From NCBI GenBank assembly GCA_965206595.1, contig OZ242214.1:6496001-6560000 (forward strand): a stretch of DNA of 64,000 bases, in the 5' to 3' direction. The position numbers and the translations under genes are program-made. The notes below the pieces were generated by a model. It was not told the DNA's origin and did not search any database. It worked only from the letters and a program-made list of their open reading frames with translations. Shown piece by piece: positions 39,857 to 49,968 of the stretch (positions within the stretch are counted from its first letter, which is position 1; every line of letters starts with the position of its first letter). This DNA comes from Candidatus Latescibacterota bacterium (GTDB lineage: Bacteria > Latescibacterota > UBA2968 > UBA8231).

Positions 39857-42800
39857 TCACAAACCCCTCTCGTCCAGGTAGCCCAGGTTGATCCGCGCCG
39901 AGCGCAGATTCGGGTCGGCAACCAGTGCCTGCTCCCATGCGGCTCTCGCTTCGGCGTAACGCTTCTTGTGAAAGTAGATCCCTCCCATGTTGCTGTGGGC
40001 TTTGGCATGCCCGGGCGCCAGCTCTATAACCCGTTTGAAACTCACCAGTGCCTTGTCGATCCGAGCGTTCGAACCGTAGAGTTTGCCCTTACTGTCGTAC
40101 TGGCAGACTACACCGAGGTTGTAGTGCGCCTGCACGTACCCCTCCCGGAGTGAGATCGCCTTCTCGTATGCGGCGACGGCCTGATCGAGAGCAAGCCCGG
40201 GGCCGTACCGTCTGCCCTCGGCGTTGTATTCGTTGACCACGCCCAGGTGGTAGTACGCCTCCGCGTTCTCCGGTTCCAACGCCGCCGCCCGTGCGAAAGC
40301 CTTCAACGCCTCGGCGAAAGCCCCCTCAGTCAAAAAGCTGTTGCCCCGCAGGATGTAGGCCCTGGCATCCCTGGCCTCCGCGGTGGCATGCTGAACCTCC
40401 CTGCGCTCCCTGCGGGCGCGGGCGAGCCAGTAGTGCGCCCGCCTGTCCTCCGGGTGGACTTGCAGCATCTGCCGGAACAATCCCTCTCCATAGCTCAGCA
40501 GACCACTCTCTTCTGCTTGCGCCAGGCCGGCCAGGAGCAGGTCGGTCGCCTGGGAATAGCGTTGCCACGTCGCCTGCGTTTCTTCCAACTCAGGCTCGGT
40601 CATCCCCTTCAAGTGCCGGCGGACGTCTCCTCTGAGCCGGGCTACGGCGCGCAGATTGGCGGCGCGATTATTTGCCGTCTCGCGCGCCAGCCCCCGCGGC
40701 GTCCGGAACTCGATGTAGGGATGATTCCAGCTGCTCAACGGGCCGCTGCCGGCAAACTTGCGGATATCCGCCAGCGCTCCCCGGTAGCCGTTGAGCAGCG
40801 CCCACGGATGCGCCAGCCCGAAGCGGGCGAGGTCCTTGCGCACCCCGGGACGCCGCAAGCGGTTCAAGAGCCGATCCATGTCGATCTCCAGCTGCTGCCG
40901 GGTGCCGATCAACAGGGTGTGCTTGCCGGGAAAGAACCAGACGGACCCGTAGGGGAAGACCTCGGCAAAGGTCCTCAGTACCATGCGGTAGCTGTCCTGG
41001 GGCAGATGCAGCGGAATCCACTGCACCATCATGCCTTCATCCGTGAGCTGTTCCAGGCACAGGCGGTAATAATCACTCGACAAAAAGACCGCATTGCCGG
41101 TGTAGCCCGGATTGAGCTTGGCGTCCGAAGAGATCACGTCATACTTGATCTCGGAGGTCAACAAATAGTTGATGCCGTCCGCGACCACCACGTCGACCTG
41201 CGGCTGCTTCAGCGCCCGGCGGTTGTGTTCCCCGAAGTACAGCGCCCCTTCCACCACCCCCGGCACGATTTCAACGGCGTCGATGCGCTCCACTTCCTCG
41301 TAGGCGGTCATGGCGCCCACCGTGATACCGCTGCCCAGGCCGATCACCAGAACCGATTCGGGCTCGGGAGCCAGCAGCAGTGGCAAGTGAGCCAGCAAGC
41401 GTTGCTTGGCGTCCAGATCGTCCCGGGTATCGCCGATGGTGTTGCCGTCCACACTGATGAGCAGATGGCCGTCCGGCTTGCGGAAGACCTTGACGGTGCC
41501 GGCGCGGTCTTCCTGGTAGAAGAGCACCGTATCCCGTCTGTCCTCGAAGTCGCTGCGAAGCACGAAGCGGGAGGGAAGGCAGACGACGGCGAGAAGGACC
41601 GTGGCGGCCAGGGCCGGCGCCGCGAGAAAGCGCAGTCTGTTCGCCGAGGCGCGATGGGCCAACAGGACCAACAGGCCCACCGCGGCATTGATCGAGGCCA
41701 GGCAGATGATCGCTCCCTGCACCCCGAGCCACGACAGCAAAGCAAAACCGGCAACGAAGGCTCCCAGGATGGCGCCCAGGGTGTTCACCGAATAGACCGC
41801 GCCGATATCCTGTCCCACTTCCCGCACGGAACGCACGTAAGCCTTGCCGGCGAGGGGAAAGGTCGCCCCCATCAGCAAAGTCGGAACGAACATCACCGCA
41901 AACGACGCCTCGAACATCTTCCCGATGTCGCCCAACCAGCCCGAGGCAGCCTGTTCCCGCATCACCCACAGACCCTCCGACTCCAGGGTTCCTCTCAACA
42001 CCGCCATGCCCGCGAGCGCCGACAGGCCGATGAGGATCTCTACCACGGCGAACGCCCCGACCGGATCGTCATGCCGGTCCACGAGCTTGCCGGAAACGAA
42101 GCTGCCCAGGGCCAACCCCAGCAGGAAGGTGGTCAGCATGGCGCTGAAGGCGTAGGTCGAATTGCCCACGAAGAATACCAGCAGACGGGCCCAGATCACT
42201 TCGTATCCCAGCGAGACAAACCCCGAAACCCCGAAGGCGCACAGGATCAGCAGCGCCAGGCCCGAAACTCCGCAACGCCGCTCCCGTTTCGGCGCTGCTG
42301 GCTGCGCCTCCTGGCCGCTCCTGGCGACGACGGCATCGAGCAGGAGTGTTCCCGCGGCCACGAGCAGATTGATCACGGCGGCGATGTAGACCGTCTCCAC
42401 GACGCCAACGGTTCCAATCAGCACGAACCCGGCGGCAAAGCAGCCGACCACTGCTCCCAGTGTGTTCAGCGCGTAGAGCGTCCCCACATTGTTCCCCAGC
42501 ACTTCCTTGCGTTCCACCAGGAACTTGCTGAGGACCGGAAGGGTGCCGCCCATCAGGGTGGTGGGGATTGCCAGCAGCGCAAGGCACACGCCGAACCGCG
42601 CCAGCGAGAGCGCCGGCTCGAAATCGCCCAGAAGACGGGTCAATCCGATGTAGACCGGACTGAATGCCTGCAGCAGCGTCGGCATGGCCAGGCCGCAAAG
42701 CCCGATCCCTATCTCCAGGTATGCATAGATCTTGAGGGCGTCCGTGCGGCGGTCGACAACGCGGCCGAAGGAGAAGCTGCCCAGGGCCAGGCCAGCCATG

Positions 42801-42943
42801 AACGCGGTCAGGACGGTGCTCACGGCGAGCACGGTGCTGCCCAGCACGAAGCCCAGCATGCGCACCCAGACCACCTGGTAGATCAGTCCGCATCCTCCGG
42901 AGAGGAAGAACAGCAGCAACAGGGTCGGCCTGGCGGATCTCAT
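39857..42943 (-). CDS. Fused MFS-like/spermidine synthase protein with C-terminal TPR repeats
   Basis: FFLSGGCGLIYQVVW, PTTLMGGTLP, LYALNTLG; IGLGSGIT, AVEI, ADG.NYL, YDVISSD; TPRs AYYHLG, AHYNLG, AHSNMG. Confidence 0.9.
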   Translation of the reverse strand: MRSARPTLLLLFFLSGGCGLIYQVVWVRMLGFVLGSTVLAVSTVLTAFMAGLALGSFSFGRVVDRRTDALKIYAYLEIGIGLCGLAMPTLLQAFSPVYIGLTRLLGDFEPALSLARFGVCLALLAIPTTLMGGTLPVLSKFLVERKEVLGNNVGTLYALNTLGAVVGCFAAGFVLIGTVGVVETVYIAAVINLLVAAGTLLLDAVVARSGQEAQPAAPKRERRCGVSGLALLILCAFGVSGFVSLGYEVIWARLLVFFVGNSTYAFSAMLTTFLLGLALGSFVSGKLVDRHDDPVGAFAVVEILIGLSALAGMAVLRGTLESEGLWVMREQAASGWLGDIGKMFEASFAVMFVPTLLMGATFPLAGKAYVRSVREVGQDIGAVYSVNTLGAILGAFVAGFALLSWLGVQGAIICLASINAAVGLLVLLAHRASANRLRFLAAPALAATVLLAVVCLPSRFVLRSDFEDRRDTVLFYQEDRAGTVKVFRKPDGHLLISVDGNTIGDTRDDLDAKQRLLAHLPLLLAPEPESVLVIGLGSGITVGAMTAYEEVERIDAVEIVPGVVEGALYFGEHNRRALKQPQVDVVVADGINYLLTSEIKYDVISSDAKLNPGYTGNAVFLSSDYYRLCLEQLTDEGMMVQWIPLHLPQDSYRMVLRTFAEVFPYGSVWFFPGKHTLLIGTRQQLEIDMDRLLNRLRRPGVRKDLARFGLAHPWALLNGYRGALADIRKFAGSGPLSSWNHPYIEFRTPRGLARETANNRAANLRAVARLRGDVRRHLKGMTEPELEETQATWQRYSQATDLLLAGLAQAEESGLLSYGEGLFRQMLQVHPEDRRAHYWLARARRERREVQHATAEARDARAYILRGNSFLTEGAFAEALKAFARAAALEPENAEAYYHLGVVNEYNAEGRRYGPGLALDQAVAAYEKAISLREGYVQAHYNLGVVCQYDSKGKLYGSNARIDKALVSFKRVIELAPGHAKAHSNMGGIYFHKKRYAEARAAWEQALVADPNLRSARINLGYLDERGL

Positions 42944-43047
42944 TGGGCATCAACCTTCGCAAGAAGGTTCGACTGCAATACGATCGGCACTACCCCGGAA
43001 GCATCGCGAAACATCAACCCCCTGCCCATCCAGCCCTCGGCCGGACC

Positions 43048-44112
43048 TCAGGCGAGGGCTTCCCTGAGGAAGTCGTAGGCGCGGGCGCCGCTGATCCGGT
43101 GCCGCCCCGAGAAGATATCCGCCTTCACCCCGTCCCCGGCACCTAAAACCCCGTACACACTGCGCGCCTTGGCCAGGCCGGAGCGCACCGCGGAAACCGG
43201 GAAGATCGGGTCGTGGGTGCCGGCTTCCACCAGCATCGGCCGCGGGGCGATGAGGCCGGCCAGATCGTGCATTTCGCCGAACTCCGCCAACCCCGGCACG
43301 TAGTTGCAGGGGCAGTGCGCCATGGCGAAGAGACTGTCCCGGAAGGTCGAGTAATAGCCGCTGACCACGCAGGCGCGGATGCGCTCGTCGATGCAGGTGG
43401 AAAAGAAGGTGTGCATGCCGCCCCCTGAAATACCCATGGCCCCGAGGCGGCCGGTGTCGAACTCGGAGCGGGTCTCGAGGTAGTCAACGAGGCGCAGGCC
43501 GTCGCCCACGCGGATGCCGACCACCGAGGTTCCGAGATGGAAGGCGAGCATGGCCATGTGGGCGCAGGTCGAAGGCGTCCCCTGCCCGAGGTCGAGGTGG
43601 GAGAAATCGGTCTGGCGCTCGCCGAAGCCGGAGATCTCGGGGGCGGCCACGGCAAAGCCGGCGCGGCACAGGGCGACGCCGAAATCCTTGTGGTAGCCGT
43701 CGGGGACGTCCCGCTCGCCGCCGTCCTCCCACAGGCCGACGATGTCCTTGACTCCGTACCCGTGGCCGTGGAAGGCCACCACCGAGGGCAGGGGTCCTTC
43801 AGCGCCTTTGGGTAGGAGGATGTACACCGGCATCTGCGCGTGGGGACCGGTGCGCAGGAGGATCTTCTCGCGCAGGTAATCCCCCTTGTCCACTACCTCT
43901 ATTTTGCGGGGCGCCGGTGGCGTGCCGTCCCCTTCTTCCAGGCCGAGAAGCCTGGCCAGGGCCCGGCGCGTCGTCTTCTGCCAGCGCCGCGCCGCGGCCG
44001 GGGTTTCCGCCTTGAAGGCGCGAGGCGCGGTTGCCGGGTCGTACTGTTTCCACAGCGACGTCGCCGGCTGCAGCGGTTTCACGGTGCTGCTGTCGAGAAC
44101 TCTGGAAGCCAT
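43048..44112 (-). CDS. Alpha/beta hydrolase (Abhydrolase_7 / acetyl-xylan-esterase-like)
   Basis: FHGHG, GFGER, nucleophile elbow GISGGG, LIAPRP, GTHDPIF, GRH. Confidence 0.85.
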   Translation of the reverse strand: MASRVLDSSTVKPLQPATSLWKQYDPATAPRAFKAETPAAARRWQKTTRRALARLLGLEEGDGTPPAPRKIEVVDKGDYLREKILLRTGPHAQMPVYILLPKGAEGPLPSVVAFHGHGYGVKDIVGLWEDGGERDVPDGYHKDFGVALCRAGFAVAAPEISGFGERQTDFSHLDLGQGTPSTCAHMAMLAFHLGTSVVGIRVGDGLRLVDYLETRSEFDTGRLGAMGISGGGMHTFFSTCIDERIRACVVSGYYSTFRDSLFAMAHCPCNYVPGLAEFGEMHDLAGLIAPRPMLVEAGTHDPIFPVSAVRSGLAKARSVYGVLGAGDGVKADIFSGRHRISGARAYDFLREALA

Positions 44113-44358
44113 GCTGTTCCTCCTCGAGGGCGGCCGGGAGGCCGGCTATGCAAATCGGTGAAAGGCCTGTGCCACCGCTCGATGCCGCGGGGCACCTGGT
44201 TCCGCCGCCGAGGGCCGGCCAGAACCGTTAACGAAGCGAAATCCGTTTCTGTCGCGGGCGCTTGTGCCTGGGCGCGAAAGTAAGGGTACGAACGAGGGCA
44301 ACGCCGCGAGCCGGGATGCAGCGGCGACCGAATTCACGCGGAATTGCGCGCCCAGGCA

Positions 44359-44565
44359 CTACATCCGGATCCAGTCCGCCAGCTTCTCGTGCTGGAAGAT
44401 CATGGTCTCCTGGATGCTCGACACGCGCCCCGCCCCCGCTTCCCTGGCGCGTTGGTACATGGCATAGGCGATCGCCACGTCGACGTAGGCGAGGCCGACG
44501 GCGTTGAAGTAGGCCCGCTCCTCCGGCGCCTCGCGTCCGCTCTTCTCGCCGGCGATGATTTCGCC
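44359..44565 (-). pseudogene. C-terminal remnant of ornithine cyclodeaminase/mu-crystallin family gene
   Basis: Hand translation GEIIAGEKSGREAPEERAYFNAVGLAYVDVAIAYAMYQRAREAGAG..WIRM*; the upstream part is missing. Confidence 0.7.
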
Positions 44566-44603
44566 TTTCTCAGCTGTCGGCCAAGCCTGGGATGGAACCC
44601 GAA

Positions 44604-44710
44604 ATCTACCGAATCCATTCGGGTAGTTCGCCCTGCTTCATTTCCCGACGCTTGATGGCTCCGGCCTGTCTGGCGCTGGCTGCAAGTTTTTCAAAGTCAC
44701 GCTTTTTCAT
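44604..44710 (-). pseudogene. Truncated NadS/HigA-like XRE antitoxin N-terminus
   Basis: AGGAG RBS then MKKRDFEKLAASARQAGAIKRREMK, frameshift into GRTTRMDSVD; HTH part absent. Confidence 0.5.
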
Positions 44711-44921
44711 GCGGGATACTCCTTTTTTCGATTATAAAAAACCCACGTCTCCCCAGCTCGAAGGATCGTCGTCCAGAGACGAAAAAGCCTCGCACACCTC
44801 GAACCCCACCTCGGAAAAAAGAGAGGTCAATTCACGATATCCGGACTGGCAACCTCGTCGGTGGGAAAGGACTGCCTTTCCATTCGTCACCTCAGCGAGG
44901 CCCTTTTTTCATTGCAAGGAG

Positions 44922-46808
44922 TCAGCCCCTGAGCGCCCGGGCCAGGTGCCGGTCGTGAAAGCTCCTGAGGCTCTCCGCGGCTTCCGGAAACCGCGCCACC
45001 GCGGCATCGAGCCCGCGGCGGGCGCGTGCGTATTCCCGCAGCTCGAAGCAGAAGGAGATGTACTCCGTGAACGCCTTGATGACGGGATCGCCGGTCTCGA
45101 GGGCGCGCTCGTACGCATGCAGCGCCTCCCCGGTGCGGCCGCCGGCGCGGTAGGCGTGGGCGAGGTTGATCCAGACGCCGAAGCGATGGGGTTGGTGATC
45201 CCTGACCTTCTCGAAGGTCTCGACAGCCCTGTGGCCCTGACCGGTCATGGCGTACATGGAACCGAGGTTGATCCAGGCCTGCCAGAACTCCGGGTCGATG
45301 TCGACCGAGCGCTCGAACGACACGATCGCCCCCTCGATATCCCGCTTCTTCACCTGGGCGTTGCCGATGTTGTAATGGATGAGGGCGTCTCCGTCGAGGT
45401 CCATCGGAGCCAGGCGATGGTTGAGGGCTCCTGCCAGCAGAACGACCGCTGCCAGGGTGGCGATCGCAACAGGAGAGCGCTTCCCCCCGCCGCGGAACAG
45501 GGCGCCGAGCTGCATCACCCCGTACACGGCGAACAGCGCCAGCAGCGGGCTCAGGGGAATGCGGTAGCGGGACGTCGGAAAGAAGGCGATCACGGCGGCC
45601 GCGTACAGGCCGACGAACAGAACGGCGACGAGCCCTTCGGGGGGAACCCGCGGCAGGGTAAGAACCGGTTCCGGGGCGGGAAGCAGGCGCGGCGCCCGGA
45701 AGCGCACCAGGTAGAGGGCCATCCCCGCAAGCGCCAGCGGGGCGATCAGGCCGAACGGGAAGGCGAGGTACTCCGTCTTCCACAGTAATGCCGACAGCAG
45801 ATGCGAGTAGTTGCGCCAGAAGTAGACGGCCTGGTTGCGGCCGATCTCGTCGCCGTGCCAGAAAGCGTAGGTCTTCTCCGCCAGCAACCCTGCCCAGGCC
45901 AGCGGATCGGAGGCGATGAACTCCCGGGCCTGCCTGTAGAAATACCGCGACTTCTCGGATGGCCGCTCGATGCCGGCATGCTGCGGCATGTCGACGAGGT
46001 CGTCCCACTCCCACCCTGGCCGCGCCCCCAGGGTCTTCCCGGTGTCGCCGTTGTTGCCGGCGTAGAAGTTGATGCCGCCGTTGTGGGAGATGAGCACGGC
46101 GTCGTTGCCGACGGTGTAGTTGCGCAGGCTCACGGGGGCAATCGGAAGGGCGACGCCGAACAGAAAGAGAAGCGTCGCCGCGGTCGCACGCCGCATGTCC
46201 CGGGCCCGCCAGCCTGATACGGCGACCCAGACCGCGGCCGCGGCGCAGAACGGCAGCACCGTCGGCACGGTGACCGCGGCCAGCCCGAAGCTGATTCCCG
46301 CTGCCAGGAAGCGCCAGGGGGACTGCTGGTCCAGCGCCCGCAACAGCAACAGCAGGCCGAGGGTATCGAGGAAGGCAGCTGTCGTTGCCGGGAGCAGCTC
46401 GCCGGCGAAGAAGATCATCGGGCCGTACGCCGCGCTGACGACCCCGGCGCCGATGCCGGCGGCTCTGCCGAACAGCCGCGTTCCGAGGTAGAAGACCAGC
46501 ACGCAGGTCAGCGCGTCGAGCAGCGCCTGAAGGACGCGGGCGGCGTAGAAGAACTCCGGCCCCGGGAAGAGCAGCTTGACGGCCCCGAGGGAGTAGGGAA
46601 ACAGCGGCGGTTGCCAGAACGGACCGATGCCGCGGCTCAGCCAGTTGCCCGCGGCCAGCCTTTCGGCGTGCTGGTTGTAGGTGTCGGCATCGACGGCCGG
46701 GTATTGGAACAGGGGGGAGGCGTCGAGCTCGAAGACGTAGGCCAACCGCAGGAGCAGGGCCAGCCCCGCGATCAGGACGGGAGCCGAATACAGAGGGCGC
46801 AGGTTCAT
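44922..46808 (-). CDS. Membrane glycosyltransferase (GT-C, PMT_2/GT39-like) with C-terminal TPR repeats
   Basis: VDADTY, FWQPPLFPY, RNY, GGINFYAGNN, RYRIP; TPRs HYNIGN, AWINLG, VWINLA. Confidence 0.85.
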   Translation of the reverse strand: MNLRPLYSAPVLIAGLALLLRLAYVFELDASPLFQYPAVDADTYNQHAERLAAGNWLSRGIGPFWQPPLFPYSLGAVKLLFPGPEFFYAARVLQALLDALTCVLVFYLGTRLFGRAAGIGAGVVSAAYGPMIFFAGELLPATTAAFLDTLGLLLLLRALDQQSPWRFLAAGISFGLAAVTVPTVLPFCAAAAVWVAVSGWRARDMRRATAATLLFLFGVALPIAPVSLRNYTVGNDAVLISHNGGINFYAGNNGDTGKTLGARPGWEWDDLVDMPQHAGIERPSEKSRYFYRQAREFIASDPLAWAGLLAEKTYAFWHGDEIGRNQAVYFWRNYSHLLSALLWKTEYLAFPFGLIAPLALAGMALYLVRFRAPRLLPAPEPVLTLPRVPPEGLVAVLFVGLYAAAVIAFFPTSRYRIPLSPLLALFAVYGVMQLGALFRGGGKRSPVAIATLAAVVLLAGALNHRLAPMDLDGDALIHYNIGNAQVKKRDIEGAIVSFERSVDIDPEFWQAWINLGSMYAMTGQGHRAVETFEKVRDHQPHRFGVWINLAHAYRAGGRTGEALHAYERALETGDPVIKAFTEYISFCFELREYARARRGLDAAVARFPEAAESLRSFHDRHLARALRG

Positions 46809-46939
46809 CTCAGCGATCCTCCCACGGAGGAGGACAACGCCGGCCGGGACAGGGCACTATTGTGCGGAAATGGATGGCATGATGCGGGGCTTGATGACCT
46901 GGTTTGCGCTGTAGCTCATGGCACCGAATTGGATCTCCT

Positions 46940-48046
46940 TTAATTCCGTGCGTCGTCGATAATGATAGCGAGCGCCGCCTCGATGCCGGCGATCGCTTCT
47001 CTTTCCGCCTGCAACGCCTCACCAATCAACCTGCCGGCCTCGGCGCGGTCCTCGGGCATGAACCCCTCACCCTTGCGCGCTGCTTCTAACAGATCGTGCA
47101 GCGATTTCAGTACCGCCACCTCGCGGTCGTAGTGGGCCGCGGCTTCACCGATGGGCCCGGCCGCTTCAGGAAACAGGGTTGTCAGCTCCCTCAGGTACGC
47201 GGCGGCGATCATGCGCCGGTCCCTGAGGGTCGCGGCGTGGTAGTGGGAACGGTTGGGGGAGACCTCCTCTGAGCCGAACGCCTGCCGCCAGAGCTCGTAC
47301 GCGGCGAAACCCTGGCTCCACCTGCTCTTGAATCGGGTCCCCTCCGCAAAAGCAACCGCGTTTCTGAGCGCCGTCAGGTTCAGCATCCTTTGGTCGACGG
47401 CGCGGAGCTTCTCGAAAATCCCAACGTAGAACCACTCGACCCCGTCGCTGTGTCCGATGGCGTCGTGGCGAACGGTGTAATCCTCGGACACGAACGGGTG
47501 CCGGATCGTGTAGGTCTCCTCCGCTTCGTCGTATCCGACGATCAGGCCCCAGCAGTAGGCGCCGCGGCCGGCCGCCTTCTGCTCGAGGCTCATCGGTTGC
47601 CACACGAGGGGCGGGACCCCTCTCTGCAGGCTGGCCAGGGCGGCATCCCGGGCTTCCCGCTTGAGCCCCGGCAGATCGACGCCGGTGTCTTTCTTCGTCG
47701 CTTCGAAGACGCGGAATCGCGCCATCTCCGGCAGGAAATCCAGGGCGATCCCCCAGTCGATGTTGTCGTGAAAGACTCCTCCGCCTCCTTCCACCATCTC
47801 GAAATGGAAGGCATGCCCCATGATGCCCTGCAGCCGTGTCGTCGTCCATTCCTCGCCGCCGACCCCCTGCAGCAACGCACTGGCGCAGGAAACCAGGCTC
47901 GTTCCGTAGTCCGGCTGGGACGGCGTGACGTCTGCCATGACGATCATGGGTCGATCAGCTTCCTTTCTGTCCGCCGCTTCATCCGCGCCCACCTCGGCAA
48001 CGACAGCCGCGAGCAGGATGACGAGGGACTGTATTGGAATGGTCAT
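46940..48046 (-). CDS. Secreted hypothetical protein, possible papain-like/BtrH-like fold
   Basis: Signal peptide; SLVSC..L, GIMGHAF, GVPPLVW, GLIVGYD; helical C-terminus GFAAYELW. Confidence 0.6.
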   Translation of the reverse strand: MTIPIQSLVILLAAVVAEVGADEAADRKEADRPMIVMADVTPSQPDYGTSLVSCASALLQGVGGEEWTTTRLQGIMGHAFHFEMVEGGGGVFHDNIDWGIALDFLPEMARFRVFEATKKDTGVDLPGLKREARDAALASLQRGVPPLVWQPMSLEQKAAGRGAYCWGLIVGYDEAEETYTIRHPFVSEDYTVRHDAIGHSDGVEWFYVGIFEKLRAVDQRMLNLTALRNAVAFAEGTRFKSRWSQGFAAYELWRQAFGSEEVSPNRSHYHAATLRDRRMIAAAYLRELTTLFPEAAGPIGEAAAHYDREVAVLKSLHDLLEAARKGEGFMPEDRAEAGRLIGEALQAEREAIAGIEAALAIIIDDARN

Positions 48047-48251
48047 TACGCCCCTTTCTCTATGTTTTGCTCACAAGCTGTTCGGTCATGTCGGTTTTCT
48101 GCAGAAACCATTCTTCCGAAAGGATGCCGACAACCTCAACAACGGCGGTTTATAGCGGCTTCACAATACGCCACGGCCAGCACATTGTCAGTACCGGCCG
48201 CACCCATGCGCTTCAAAGGCGGCGATGCAGCCGGGTGGGATCGCAGCGGAA

Positions 48252-49511
48252 TCAGTCGCCCTGATAGCCGCGTGCCGCCCAGACCTTGCTCGCCAGCTTT
48301 TTTGCCTCGGGGTCCGGTTCGATTTCCCCCAGAATGCTGCTCGGGGGCTGCCCCTTCTTTTTGCGCCCGGGGTCGGGCGACCAGTCGTCCCTGGCGTATT
48401 TCCGGCGCACCGACTCGCGGCGGAAGTCGGGCACTTCCATCGGCGCCGAGTCGTTCAGCGCCGAACGCCAGGCCTGGATCCCGGCGATGCTCATGTCGAT
48501 GCCGCGGTACACGTCGAGCCAGGGCGGCTCGCCCGTGCGGATCGCCTCGGCAAAGTGGTAGCTGGTGAAGAAGTCCCCGCCGCCGTGTCCGCTGCGGGTG
48601 GCCTGGGCATGATGCACGGGGAAGTCGGGCCTGTACACGGTTTCGACCGGATCGCTCCTGCGCTTTTCCCACGGCTCGTACCACACGCGCAGCCGCTGCT
48701 GGTCGCCGTGGCGGCAGTTTTCCATCACCCCTTTGTTGCCGTGGATGCGGACGTAGTTGCCGTGTCCGCGCAGCCCGCCGTGCAGCGATTTCATCACCGC
48801 GTCGTTGTCCATGCGGCAGACGATCACCGCGGCCGTGTCCCCCCGGTTCATGTGCAGCGTCTGCGTGGAGTCGGCGAAATCGAAGGGAATGACGAAGCCG
48901 TTCACCTTCACCGGCCGGGTGTCGGTGATGTACATGACCGGGGCGATGGAATGGGTGCAGTAGTAGGTGGCGGGGATCCAGTTGCGCCAGTGGTCGCGCC
49001 CGCAGCTGCGCGCCAGTTTAACCTCGGGCGGGTCGGGGTGGACGTACTCGCCCTCGCCGTATTTGAACTCGCCGACGCGGCCCTTTTGGTAGAGCCGCTT
49101 CATCTCTTGGTTGAAGACCATGTAGGGGTAGTTCTCGGCGAACATGTAGATCTTGCCGCTTTTCTCGACCGCCCGCGCCAGCGCCACCCCTTCGCCCAGG
49201 GTGTGGCAGACCGCGGTCTCGCTCATCACGTGTTTGCCGGCGTTGAGCGCCTTGATGGCGAACGGCGCGTGCTGGTGGAAGTAGTTGGCCAGCACGACCG
49301 CGTCCATGTCGCAGCCGAGGAATTCGTCGTAATCGAGGTATGTCTGCACGTCGAGCGCCTGGCCTTCCGCAAGGAGGCGCTCTTCCCAGATGTCGCAGAT
49401 GGCGACCAGTTCCATGCCGGTCGCCGCGGCGGCCTGCATGAAGGACCGGCCGCGGCCGACGCCGACAACGCCGACCCGGATGGGATGTTGTCTGCCGCGT
49501 TTTCTGGCCAT
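48252..49511 (-). CDS. Gfo/Idh/MocA family oxidoreductase
   Basis: VGVVGVGRG, AICD, GKHVMSE, AENY, YCTHS, GHGGGD. Confidence 0.9.
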   Translation of the reverse strand: MARKRGRQHPIRVGVVGVGRGRSFMQAAAATGMELVAICDIWEERLLAEGQALDVQTYLDYDEFLGCDMDAVVLANYFHQHAPFAIKALNAGKHVMSETAVCHTLGEGVALARAVEKSGKIYMFAENYPYMVFNQEMKRLYQKGRVGEFKYGEGEYVHPDPPEVKLARSCGRDHWRNWIPATYYCTHSIAPVMYITDTRPVKVNGFVIPFDFADSTQTLHMNRGDTAAVIVCRMDNDAVMKSLHGGLRGHGNYVRIHGNKGVMENCRHGDQQRLRVWYEPWEKRRSDPVETVYRPDFPVHHAQATRSGHGGGDFFTSYHFAEAIRTGEPPWLDVYRGIDMSIAGIQAWRSALNDSAPMEVPDFRRESVRRKYARDDWSPDPGRKKKGQPPSSILGEIEPDPEAKKLASKVWAARGYQGD

Positions 49512-49515
49512 GGGT

Positions 49516-49731
49516 TTACGTAGTGCGGCCGCCTTGTGCCGGTCCGGTTGGAAGTTTCCCCAGCTTCATGAGCAACAGCATCGGCCAACCAAGATCGAAA
49601 TCGTTCCGGAACCCGGTCCAGTACTCCTTCGCTCTCAAGGCATTGTCCTGGGTGTCGTAGGTCTCGGACCAGCGAACGTACCCTTGCCGGACAGGTACGG
49701 TCTCGGTAACAACCCTGGATTCGTCAATCAC
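49516..49731 (-). pseudogene. Internally deleted class I SAM methyltransferase remnant (tentative)
   Basis: VPVRQGYVRWSETYDTQDNAL resembles an MTase N-terminus and LGWPMLLLMKL an MTase C-terminus, with the SAM-binding core missing. Confidence 0.4.
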
Positions 49732-49805
49732 GTTGGTTGCCTTCGGGTAACGCCGGTGGCTCCGGTCGGGTCTTCAGGTTAACTGGAGGTATCCGAACGA
49801 TTTTT

Positions 49806-49837
49806 CGGTCCGCGATTGGAGCGGTTCGTCCTGCGGT
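49806..49837 (+). repeat. Degenerate direct repeat, copy 1 (copy 2 at 51442-51473)
   Basis: CGGTCCGCGATTGGAGCGGTTCGTCCTGCGGT; 29 of 32 positions identical to copy 2. Confidence 0.7.
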
Positions 49838-49968
49838 CACACGCTGGAGTGGGCGGCCTTGGTCGCCCGGGGGTTTCAAACTGGATGAAGTCCGCCAATC
49901 GTGGAAAACGGCCCTTGTGTGTCGCTGCCGAAACGCCCCACGCCTCAGTGATAGCGGCGGGTACTCAT

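Noticed and set aside
40247-43078. 943-aa plus-strand ORF and other long antisense ORFs (e.g. 13879-15504, 24408-26156, 57208-58872, 61232-63268)
   Set aside because: Shadow ORFs opposite well-supported genes, expected in high-GC DNA; no recognisable motifs.
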